Source: a candidate division WOR-1 bacterium RIFOXYB2_FULL_36_35
Lineage (GTDB): Bacteria; Margulisbacteria; WOR-1; XYC2-FULL-46-14; XYC2-FULL-37-10
Assembly (NCBI GenBank): GCA_001771505.1
Contig: MEUA01000010.1
Span: 3,532-67,531 of the forward strand
Length of the DNA stretch: 64,000 bases
Direction of reading: 5' to 3'
Below the pieces are notes generated by a model. That model did not search any database and was not told the DNA's origin. It saw only the letters and a list, made by a program, of their open reading frames with translations. Numbering within the stretch: position 1 is the stretch's first letter; the number at the start of each line of letters is the position of its first letter. Below are positions 57,821 through 64,000 of the stretch, piece after piece. Made by a program: the position numbers and the translations under genes.

Positions 57821-57898
57821 TAACCCCGATTATTCACCCCAGAATCAATAACTAACAAATTGTCAAACATTACTTACGGTATGAATAATCGGGGTTAA
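57821..57898. repeat. 78-bp family-1 MITE-like element, copy B (inverted orientation relative to copy A at 16739-16817)
   Basis: Reverse complement is 100% identical over 78 nt to 16740-16817. TTAA is present at both ends. Confidence 0.85.
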
Positions 57899-58032
57899 CC
57901 CCTCTTTTTAAGTTTTCGAGATTAATTAAGATAAATTTCAGGCGATTTTATTTTTTTCTCAAAAGAGGGACTGTTTAATTTTGATTAATAGAAAATTTTA
58001 TAGGGATCGGAATTAAACATTTCACAAAAAAG

Positions 58033-58413
58033 CTAGTGGTTTGAGATAGAACTCAACAAGGCTTCAAAATGTTTAACCGTATTTGGTAACTCCAAGAAAA
58101 CTTCTTCTGCTGTCTTTTCATAATATGTATGACTTGTTTCATTTCGCATGTCAACAATATCCAACCATGCTTCATCATAAGTTATTATTCCTTGCCGATA
58201 CGCTTCACGAAAACATTCTTTTGGAGAAGCACAAACAATCCCCTTTTTATCTTCCAGATATGCTTTTAATGCTTTCCATGAAAGGTCAAGTGTAAACTCA
58301 AATCTTTGAATGGCAGAATCACGAACAATGTCATTTCTTGGTATATTTAAAACTTCTTTGAGACGTAAAAGAGCCCTTGAAAATTGTTGAACTAAAGCTT
58401 CAGTTTTTGTCAT
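58033..58413 (-). CDS. HEPN-superfamily nucleotidyltransferase substrate-binding protein (HI0074 family); putative toxin of MNT/HEPN pair 1
   Basis: RDSAIQRFEFTLDLSWKALKAYLE is the NTase_sub_bind family core. Adjacent to the minimal nucleotidyltransferase gene. Confidence 0.7.
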   Translation of the reverse strand: MTKTEALVQQFSRALLRLKEVLNIPRNDIVRDSAIQRFEFTLDLSWKALKAYLEDKKGIVCASPKECFREAYRQGIITYDEAWLDIVDMRNETSHTYYEKTAEEVFLELPNTVKHFEALLSSISNH

Positions 58414-58424
58414 GTTTTTTGAAA

Positions 58425-58787
58425 TTATAAGATTTTCTCGATATTTTGTAAAGCTATTTTTTTAAAGTCAGAAGAGACATTTTTAAAATCCACAAAATCT
58501 ATTTTATACAGTATTCTAATGTTTTTCATCTCTTCTCTTATATTTCTCATTATTTCTCTTGAAATCTTTTCTTCTCCTTCTATGCCTATATCAATGTCAG
58601 ATCTGTCATCTTTTGCCCCAATAACACGAGAACCAAAAAAGAAAATTTTATATTTAGAAACATCCAAATACTTTTCAAGAATGCTTAAAATATCTTTTTT
58701 TATCTTTAAAACAGGATAATTCTTTAGATACATATTGTGTAATATTATCATCAAAGATAAAGGTTGGCAATTTTTCCCGTGATACAA
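58425..58787 (-). CDS. Minimal nucleotidyltransferase (MNT); putative antitoxin of pair 1
   Basis: GS...D.D motif (IFFFGSRVIGAKDDRSDIDIGIE). The true start may be an internal Met (MYLKN...). Confidence 0.7.
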   Translation of the reverse strand: MYHGKNCQPLSLMIILHNMYLKNYPVLKIKKDILSILEKYLDVSKYKIFFFGSRVIGAKDDRSDIDIGIEGEEKISREIMRNIREEMKNIRILYKIDFVDFKNVSSDFKKIALQNIEKIL

Positions 58788-58793
58788 ATTGTT

Positions 58794-58818
58794 AACCCCG
58801 ATTATCCTAATCGGGGTT
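58794..58818. repeat. Family-1 palindromic element (TTAACCCCGATTA-TCC-TAATCGGGGTTAA)
   Basis: Perfect arms, with a loop complementary to the GGA-loop copies. Overlaps the hisF stop codon (TTA at 58817-58819). Confidence 0.8.
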
Positions 58819-59602
58819 AAATTCTTACCGAAATGCCTTTATCCTGTAAATATTCTTTGATTTGCCGAATTGTGAATTCTTTGTAGTGTAAAAGAGAAGC
58901 AAGGAGAGCAGCATCGGCTACCCCTTCATCAAAGGCAGCATAAATGTGTTCAAGTTTTCCGGCGCCACCTGAGGCGATAACCGGAATTGAAACCGCGTCG
59001 GAAATCGCACGCGTTAATTCCAAATCATAACCATCTTTCGTCCCATCCTTATCCATCGAAGTCAAAAGTATCTCACCCGCGCCCAATTCTTCCCCTCGCT
59101 TCGCCCATTCAACGGCATCAATCCCTGTCGGAGTCCTTCCCCCATGGATATAAACCTCCCATGTTTGATCTCGTCCCTCGTCCTTCGACCCTCGTCCTTC
59201 TTGATTTTTCGCATCAATCGCCAAAACAATGCACTGCGCCCCAAACTGAAATGAGGCCTCTTTTATAAACTCAGGTCTTTTAACCGCCGCAGTATTAACG
59301 GAAACCTTATCAGCGCCAGAAAAGATCAATTCTCTTATTGTCTCAATATTGTTAATCCCTCCGCCAACTGTAAAGGGGATATAAATACTCTCAGCTACTT
59401 TTTTAATAACATCGAGCATTATATAACGTTTTTCATGAGAGGCTGTGATATCAAGGAAGACAAGCTCGTCAGCTCCTTCTTTATCATAGATGATCGCTTG
59501 TTCAACAGGATCGCCAGCGTCTTTTAAGTTGATAAAATTGACCCCTTTTACAACTCTCCCTTCTTTGACATCAAGGCACGGGATTATTCTTTTGGCTAAC
59601 AT
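58817..59602 (-). CDS. hisF: Imidazole glycerol phosphate synthase cyclase subunit HisF (orphan; contains a ~10-aa low-complexity insertion)
   Basis: HisF TIM-barrel signatures ([16 protein letters not shown]; [12 protein letters not shown]; [20 protein letters not shown]). Carries an inserted [12 protein letters not shown] encoded by a YTCGTCC heptamer repeat. No other his genes are present in the window. Confidence 0.8.
   Translation of the reverse strand: MLAKRIIPCLDVKEGRVVKGVNFINLKDAGDPVEQAIIYDKEGADELVFLDITASHEKRYIMLDVIKKVAESIYIPFTVGGGINNIETIRELIFSGADKVSVNTAAVKRPEFIKEASFQFGAQCIVLAIDAKNQEGRGSKDEGRDQTWEVYIHGGRTPTGIDAVEWAKRGEELGAGEILLTSMDKDGTKDGYDLELTRAISDAVSIPVIASGGAGKLEHIYAAFDEGVADAALLASLLHYKEFTIRQIKEYLQDKGISVRI
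59170..59200. repeat. Imperfect heptanucleotide tandem repeat (CTCGTCC-like x4) inside hisF
   Basis: ctcgtcc ctcgtcc ttcgacc ctcgtcc ttc. Encodes the DEGR-rich insertion. Confidence 0.6.
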
Positions 59603-59850
59603 CTATATCCCTCTTTTTTTAAAATTTCACGTTTAGCGCTTCTTCCACTTGCAAACCCGCCTATTGTACCATCTTTTCGAATTACTCGATGGCATGGAAT
59701 CTCTTTTGATCGATTTTTGTTTAGAGCATTGCCGACCGCGCGGGCTGATTTTGGATTTCCAATTTGAATTGCGACCCATTCATAAGAGCGGGTCTCCCCT
59801 TTCGGAATTTTTTTGACAGTTTCGTAGACTTTTTGCTGGAACTTAGTCAT
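59596..59850 (-). CDS. Methylated-DNA--protein-cysteine methyltransferase, DNA-binding/active-site domain only (MGMT family, 84 aa)
   Basis: [18 protein letters not shown] active-site motif and HTH region. No N-terminal Ogt domain. Confidence 0.75.
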   Translation of the reverse strand: MTKFQQKVYETVKKIPKGETRSYEWVAIQIGNPKSARAVGNALNKNRSKEIPCHRVIRKDGTIGGFASGRSAKREILKKEGYRC

Positions 59851-59856
59851 TAAAAT

Positions 59857-60234
59857 TTATAGTAATGTCTCATTTAGTTTTTCAAACAAAGGGAGATATT
59901 TCTTTATTTTAGAATAGACATCTTCCGCCATAGATTCCTTGTAAAGATGTGAAGTCTGATTCCTAGTATCAACCATATCAAGCCAAAGTGGATCGTCGGA
60001 AATAAGCCCTGCTTTAAATGCAGTTCTTATTACATCTTTTGGGAAATTTATCTCGATTACCCCTTTTTCCTTTAGATAAGCTTTCATCCCTTTCCAGGCC
60101 AATTCATAAGTAAATTCAAACCTTTGTATAGCTGAATCTCTGATATATTCGTCTTTTTTCTTTGTCATAACATCCTGCAAGCGTAAAAGGGCTTTTTTAT
60201 ATTGAGAGACCAGATTTTCAAATTTATCGTTCAT
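59857..60234 (-). CDS. HEPN-superfamily nucleotidyltransferase substrate-binding protein (HI0074 family); pair 2
   Basis: RDSAIQRFEFTYELAWKGMKAYLKEKG. Paralogous (~45% identity) to the protein at 58033-58413. Confidence 0.7.
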   Translation of the reverse strand: MNDKFENLVSQYKKALLRLQDVMTKKKDEYIRDSAIQRFEFTYELAWKGMKAYLKEKGVIEINFPKDVIRTAFKAGLISDDPLWLDMVDTRNQTSHLYKESMAEDVYSKIKKYLPLFEKLNETLL

Positions 60235-60526
60235 AAATCACCTCTATATTTTTTAACGCCACTTTTTTAAACTCGGAATCAACTTGGCTAAAATCAACAA
60301 TTTCAATCTTTTGCATTACAGGTAAATTGTCCATATCTTGTTGTATGTCAAGTTTTGTTTCCGAAGAAATTTTTTTCCCTGCGTCTATTCCAACATCAAA
60401 ATCAGAACGGGAAGTTGCATCTCCGTTTACTTGTGAACCAAAATAGAAAACTTTATAGTGCTGTAAATTTAAATGTTTCTTTACGCTTTCTATCAACGCT
60501 TGAGTTATTTTCTCTTTAATGCTCAT
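60224..60526 (-). CDS. Minimal nucleotidyltransferase (MNT); pair 2
   Basis: VFYFGSQVNGDATSRSDFDVGID. Overlaps the partner gene by 11 nt. Confidence 0.7.
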   Translation of the reverse strand: MSIKEKITQALIESVKKHLNLQHYKVFYFGSQVNGDATSRSDFDVGIDAGKKISSETKLDIQQDMDNLPVMQKIEIVDFSQVDSEFKKVALKNIEVIYER

Positions 60527-60567
60527 ATGTCATATACTAACAAAAAAAAGCGCACTAAAACAACAGG

Positions 60568-61326
60568 CTAAACCGACTTAACCGGTCTAACATATTTTTC
60601 AATCATCTCTTTAGAATAATTAATAATATTCTCAATTGGAAAATCAACTTCCTTGCAAACATCCAAAGCATAGTCAAATTTGCCAACCATTGTGGCAATG
60701 TGGGAATCAGTCCCTAGGCAAATATTTCCCCCTACCCTTTTTACCTCTTTTAGTATTTGAACAATTCTATCTTTTGTCCCCGGACGACTCAAATATGAAC
60801 TATTATTTACTTCTATTAAGATATCTTTTTCTTTTGCTGCTTCTGCCAATCTTTTAAAATTAACTGGAAACTGCGCGTTTTCCGGATGAGCAATCGCGCA
60901 AAGATGGGGATTATCCATCGCTTTTATCATTGCATCCGTGTTTTTCTCTTCCCCTTGGTTTTCATAACCACAGCGAGGATGAAATGTCGCAAGAACAAAA
61001 TGTATCCTGCTAAAAATCTCATCATCAAGATCGAGTTTCCCTTCGCTGTTGATAATGTTTGCTTCAATCCCTCTTAGTATTTTCACGCCATCAATTTCAA
61101 GCGGTATCATCTGGAGATTGCAGAAATAATAATAGTGAGGTCCATCGGGCATCGCGGGACCATGATCGGTAATAGCAATATACTTTAATTTTCTCTTTTT
61201 TGCTTCTTTGATATATTCTAAAATAGTGGAATAAGCATGACCGGAAGCCACTGTATGGATATGCAGATCTGCAATTAGTTTTTTCTTTTCTCGTCCTTCG
61301 TCCTTTCGTCCCTCATCCATCTTCAC
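60568..61326 (-). CDS. PHP-family metal-dependent phosphoesterase, YcdX type, with N-terminal DEGR-repeat extension
   Basis: ADLHIHTVASGHAYSTILEYIKEAKKRKLKYIAITDHGP resembles E. coli YcdX (VDLHMHTVASTHAYST...AITDHGP). The N-terminal MKMDEGRKDEGREKKK is encoded by a YTCGTCC heptamer repeat. Confidence 0.75.
   Translation of the reverse strand: MKMDEGRKDEGREKKKLIADLHIHTVASGHAYSTILEYIKEAKKRKLKYIAITDHGPAMPDGPHYYYFCNLQMIPLEIDGVKILRGIEANIINSEGKLDLDDEIFSRIHFVLATFHPRCGYENQGEEKNTDAMIKAMDNPHLCAIAHPENAQFPVNFKRLAEAAKEKDILIEVNNSSYLSRPGTKDRIVQILKEVKRVGGNICLGTDSHIATMVGKFDYALDVCKEVDFPIENIINYSKEMIEKYVRPVKSV
61290..61318. repeat. Imperfect heptanucleotide tandem repeat (YTCGTCC x4) at the 5' end of the PHP gene
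   Basis: ctcgtcc ttcgtcc tttcgtcc ctcatcc. Same unit as the repeat inside hisF. Confidence 0.6.
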
Positions 61327-62057
61327 TTCATCAGCTCATCGGGAATATCAAAATTAGAATGGACAGCCTGGACATCATCCAGTTCTTCAAGTTTTTCAAC
61401 AAGGTTCATGGCTTTACGGGCATCGTCGCCTGACAATGCAACCGTAGTAGAAGGGATCATTGTAACTTCGGCATTTTCGGGTTCATATCCTTTTAATTTT
61501 AAAGAATCCCTTATCTGTTCAAATTTTTCCTGCGAAGTAATTACTTCTATAGAAGAGTCGTCAAGTTTTATGTCTTCTGCTCCCGCGTCGATTGCTTCCA
61601 TCGAAAGGGTATCGGCATCAACTTTTGATTTGTCAAAAGAGATAGTTCCAAGCCTTTTGAAAATATAAGAGACACATCCAGCACTCCCCAAATTTCCTCC
61701 CACTTTTGAAAAGACAGTCCTAACATCGCCAAGTGTCCTGTTTTTGTTGTCAGTCATACATTCGATTAGAATTGCAACTCCCGCGGGACCGTATCCTTCA
61801 TAAGTTATTTCTTCCATAACCGCGGCATCAGGCCCTGCCGCCCTATCGATCGCCCTTTTTATGTTGTCATTTGGCATATTGGCCGCTTTTGCTTTGTCGA
61901 TGACAAGACGGAGACGGGGATTTCCGGACGGATCAGGTCCGCCAACTTTTGCTGCAGTTGTCAATTCACGAATAATTTTGGTAAAGACTTTACCACGGGC
62001 GGCATCGGTTTTTGCTTTAGCCCGTTTAATTGTCGCCCATTTACTGTGACCTGACAT
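61323..62057 (-). CDS. yebC: YebC/PmpR-family probable transcriptional regulator
   Basis: MSGHSKWATIKRAKAKTDAARGKVFTKIIRELTTAAK is the canonical YebC N-terminus. Confidence 0.9.
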   Translation of the reverse strand: MSGHSKWATIKRAKAKTDAARGKVFTKIIRELTTAAKVGGPDPSGNPRLRLVIDKAKAANMPNDNIKRAIDRAAGPDAAVMEEITYEGYGPAGVAILIECMTDNKNRTLGDVRTVFSKVGGNLGSAGCVSYIFKRLGTISFDKSKVDADTLSMEAIDAGAEDIKLDDSSIEVITSQEKFEQIRDSLKLKGYEPENAEVTMIPSTTVALSGDDARKAMNLVEKLEELDDVQAVHSNFDIPDELMK

Positions 62058-62149
62058 GGTTTTAGTTTACAAGATTTTTTGGGGAAAATCAATTGCTTGG
62101 ATGTATTAATAATGTTATCATAAACAAAATTATTTTTGGGAGGTTACTT

Positions 62150-63706
62150 ATGAAAAAGTTCTTGTTTCTTTTTTGTCTCTTTTCTCTTTTTTTTACAATT
62201 ATTCCAACAAAAACCATAGCCGAAAATGTTGATGTAGTTTTAGATAAGAACGACGCATCCAGCTCTTTTGTTATAAAAGATTCTACAAAACAAAAGCTTA
62301 TGTCAATAAACACTGACTCAAGGTCTATTGGTCTACATTGTTCTACTGAGGGATCAAATTCTTTGGCTTTAGGGGGAGCATATACTACTGCAACAAAATT
62401 ATTATCTGTTGCGCTAGGCTCATATATATCAGCAGAAGCTAATCATGCTTTTGTTATTGGAGTCGGATCAAATGCTGCAAATCGTCTCACCAACACTATT
62501 CCCGACTCCTTAATGATAGGATTTGGAAATACAACTCCTATCTTATTTGTTTCAGGAGATGCAACTAATGGCACGGTAGGAATCGGAACAAGCAACCCTC
62601 AAGCAAAATTAGATGTTTCGGGAAATGTAAATTTTCTGGGAAGTGTAAGTTGTTCACTTGACAAGAGTTCGGATGTTTTTAAAATTTCAGACAGCAGAGA
62701 TGATAAAATTTTCAAAATAACCAGCACAACACTTGAAATTTTCTCATTAACGTCTACCGCAAAAATAGGGATTGGAACTTCAACTCCGGGATCTACACTA
62801 CAGATCAAGGGAAACACAGCTATAGGATATTCAACATCAACATCCGCACCAGCTAACGGATTAGCTGTTTACGGAAATGTCGGAATTGGAACAAATAGTC
62901 CCTCTACAAATTTAGCAGTTCAAGGATCAGCCATAATTGGAAATCCTGATTCTTACTATACCAATGTAACAGCCTCTCATGGAATTATTTTGGGCGGCGG
63001 AGGTGTTTATCAAGGTCAAAGAACAACACTAACAAATGATAAACCTTATTCTTTGATGGTAGGGTTCTTGTCCAGCGTCCCAACATTATTTGTAAGTTCC
63101 AGTGAAGGTGGCAACACAATAGGAAAGGTGGGAATTGGGACAAGCAATCCACAGGCAACGTTGGATGTTAATGGAAAGATAAACGCTAATAATATAGATA
63201 CAACAGTAATAGACACTAATACTATAAACGCTATCTATATAGAGCTCTCTAGTGGTAGTTCTATAGGTGACAATATTGTTGCAAATAGTTCCTTGAGAGC
63301 TAAGTCTTTAAGTGGTCATGGCACTTTTGCAGTCGAAGCTGATAATAACGGAACACTGATATATCCTTCTTCCGACAAACGCCTCAAGAAAAATATTAAA
63401 ACAATTTCTGAAAAAATGGATGTTTTAAAGAGTTTGGATAAGCTTCGAGGGATTTACTTTAATTGGGACACAAGTAAGGAAAAAGTCAAAGATATGGGGA
63501 ATCAAAAACAAATAGGAATGATAGCCCAGGAAGTAGAGCCTGTTTTGCCTGAAGTCGTTGGTACAGGAAGTGATGGCTACAAATCTATTGATTACGCAAA
63601 ACTGACAAGCTTTCTTGTAGAAGTAAACAAAGCACAGCAAAAAGAGATTGAAGAATTAAAATCAAGACTTCAAAAACTTGAAGAAAAAATGGGAACAACA
63701 AAATAA
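62150..63706 (+). CDS. Secreted tail-fibre-like repeat protein with C-terminal peptidase-S74 (endosialidase intramolecular chaperone) domain
   Basis: Signal peptide MKKFLFLFCLFSLFFTIIPTKTIA (GGGAGG Shine-Dalgarno before the ATG at 62150; the track ORF starts at 62093). Repeated [KN]VGIGTSNPQAKLDVSGN-type units. C-terminus SDKRLKKNIKTI...LRGIYFNWDT...QIGMIAQEVEPVLPEVV...IDYAKLTSFLVEVNKAQQKEIEELKSRLQKLE matches the S74 chaperone pattern (SD.R.K.nI..l...l.kl..l.pv.y.w.....igliAqeve...Pe.V.....idy.kl...li.AiqEL). Confidence 0.6.
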   Translation: MKKFLFLFCLFSLFFTIIPTKTIAENVDVVLDKNDASSSFVIKDSTKQKLMSINTDSRSIGLHCSTEGSNSLALGGAYTTATKLLSVALGSYISAEANHAFVIGVGSNAANRLTNTIPDSLMIGFGNTTPILFVSGDATNGTVGIGTSNPQAKLDVSGNVNFLGSVSCSLDKSSDVFKISDSRDDKIFKITSTTLEIFSLTSTAKIGIGTSTPGSTLQIKGNTAIGYSTSTSAPANGLAVYGNVGIGTNSPSTNLAVQGSAIIGNPDSYYTNVTASHGIILGGGGVYQGQRTTLTNDKPYSLMVGFLSSVPTLFVSSSEGGNTIGKVGIGTSNPQATLDVNGKINANNIDTTVIDTNTINAIYIELSSGSSIGDNIVANSSLRAKSLSGHGTFAVEADNNGTLIYPSSDKRLKKNIKTISEKMDVLKSLDKLRGIYFNWDTSKEKVKDMGNQKQIGMIAQEVEPVLPEVVGTGSDGYKSIDYAKLTSFLVEVNKAQQKEIEELKSRLQKLEEKMGTTK

Positions 63707-63761
63707 GGCTATACATATATTTATTGTGTTATAATTTTGTATAAGGGGAGTTGATGAAAAA

Positions 63762-63995
63762 GTGAATTCTGTAAAATATGATGAATTGATTGATGATCAA
63801 ATAAAAACCATGACGATCCTTGAAAAAATGGAGATTTTTAACTTTGTTGAATTTTTGAAATTGAAAAAGCTAAAAGAAAATAATGCTTTCTTGGAGGCCT
63901 TAAAAGAAGGCCAAAAAATCGGCCGATGTTTAAGAATTACAGAAAAAGATATAAAAAAAGAAATAAAGGCCGTAAGAAAAACAAGAAATGGATAA
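63762..63995 (+). CDS. Small hypothetical protein (77 aa), possibly DUF2281-like antitoxin-type
   Basis: MTILEKMEIFNFVEFLKLKK resembles the DUF2281 core (...L.F.eFLl.K). Any partner would lie beyond the window end. Confidence 0.3.
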   Translation: MNSVKYDELIDDQIKTMTILEKMEIFNFVEFLKLKKLKENNAFLEALKEGQKIGRCLRITEKDIKKEIKAVRKTRNG

Positions 63996-64000
63996 ATTAA

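Noticed and set aside
2263-58818. Could the recurrent CCCCGATTA...TAATCGGGG palindromes be a CRISPR array or Rho-independent terminators?
   Set aside because: Copies are irregularly spaced over the whole window with no uniform spacers, and no cas genes are present, so they are not a CRISPR array. None is followed by a U-tract on either strand, and several lie inside or upstream of genes, so they are not canonical intrinsic terminators.
62093-62149. Upstream extension of the tail-fibre-like ORF (track start at 62093)
   Set aside because: The signal peptide begins at the Met at 62150, which is preceded by a GGGAGG ribosome-binding site. The upstream 19 codons overlap the yebC terminator region and lack a Shine-Dalgarno.
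60568-63706. Prophage suspected because of the tail-fibre/S74 protein
   Set aside because: No integrase, terminase, capsid, portal or att-like direct repeats are seen in the flanking 6 kb. The neighbours are yebC, a PHP phosphoesterase and toxin-antitoxin pairs. It was treated as a host surface protein; the region past 64 kb is unseen.

Overview
This 64-kb window is low-GC (about one-third G+C), densely coding bacterial chromosome. The flagellar P-ring (FlgI) and L-ring (FlgH) genes show it comes from a diderm; the lineage cannot be assigned from sequence alone.

Content, start to end:
- 1-15.1 kb: housekeeping genes. FemAB-like (partial), pabA/trpG-type amidotransferase, ispE, rpsT, accD-accA, two tRNA-Leu, rho, a thioredoxin, rpmE, prfA-prmC-tsaC, a PpiC/TPR chaperone, ftsEX and glyA.
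- 15.3-27.9 kb: one long minus-strand flagellar operon, flgF-flgG-flgA-flgH-flgI-(rod-binding)-fliA-flgB-flgC-fliE-fliF-fliG(short)-fliH-fliI-fliJ, followed by two unknown genes.
- 28.1-31.6 kb: a divergently transcribed 587-aa unknown, then a FliK-like / FlhB-C-terminal-domain pair.
- 31.6-43.8 kb: rplY, pheST, a 1050-aa HEAT-like orphan protein, a TrmH methyltransferase, a 293-aa unknown, and an 822-aa secreted Ig-like protein with a FlgD-Ig/T9SS-like C-terminus followed immediately by a divergent sigma-70 family gene.
- 44.0-53.8 kb: an envelope polysaccharide cluster (WbaP-like transferase, O-antigen-ligase/TPR fusion, GT4, RmlD-like, epimerase, DUF218, GtrA, GT2, CDP-glucose 4,6-dehydratase).
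- 53.8-64.0 kb: dxs, a DUF212 protein, ispA, two paralogous MNT/HEPN toxin-antitoxin pairs flanking an orphan hisF and a single-domain MGMT, a YcdX-type PHP phosphoesterase, yebC, and a tail-fibre-like surface protein with an S74 chaperone domain.

The most striking unannotated structure is non-coding. Two families of miniature palindromic (MITE/REP-like) elements are scattered through the window.
- Family 1, (TT)AACCCCGATTA-Nx-TAATCGGGGTT(AA), has at least 12 copies. Some are embedded in a coding region. Some donate stop codons to convergent genes. Two 78-bp copies are 100% identical and sit in inverted orientation 41 kb apart.
- Family 2 is a ~115-bp element with TIR GACTGTTGCG(A/T)AATG. It has 2 copies plus a solo end, and one copy is nested inside family 1.

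There are also imperfect heptanucleotide tandem repeats inside flgI, hisF and the PHP gene. No CRISPR array, integrase, transposase or rRNA is present.
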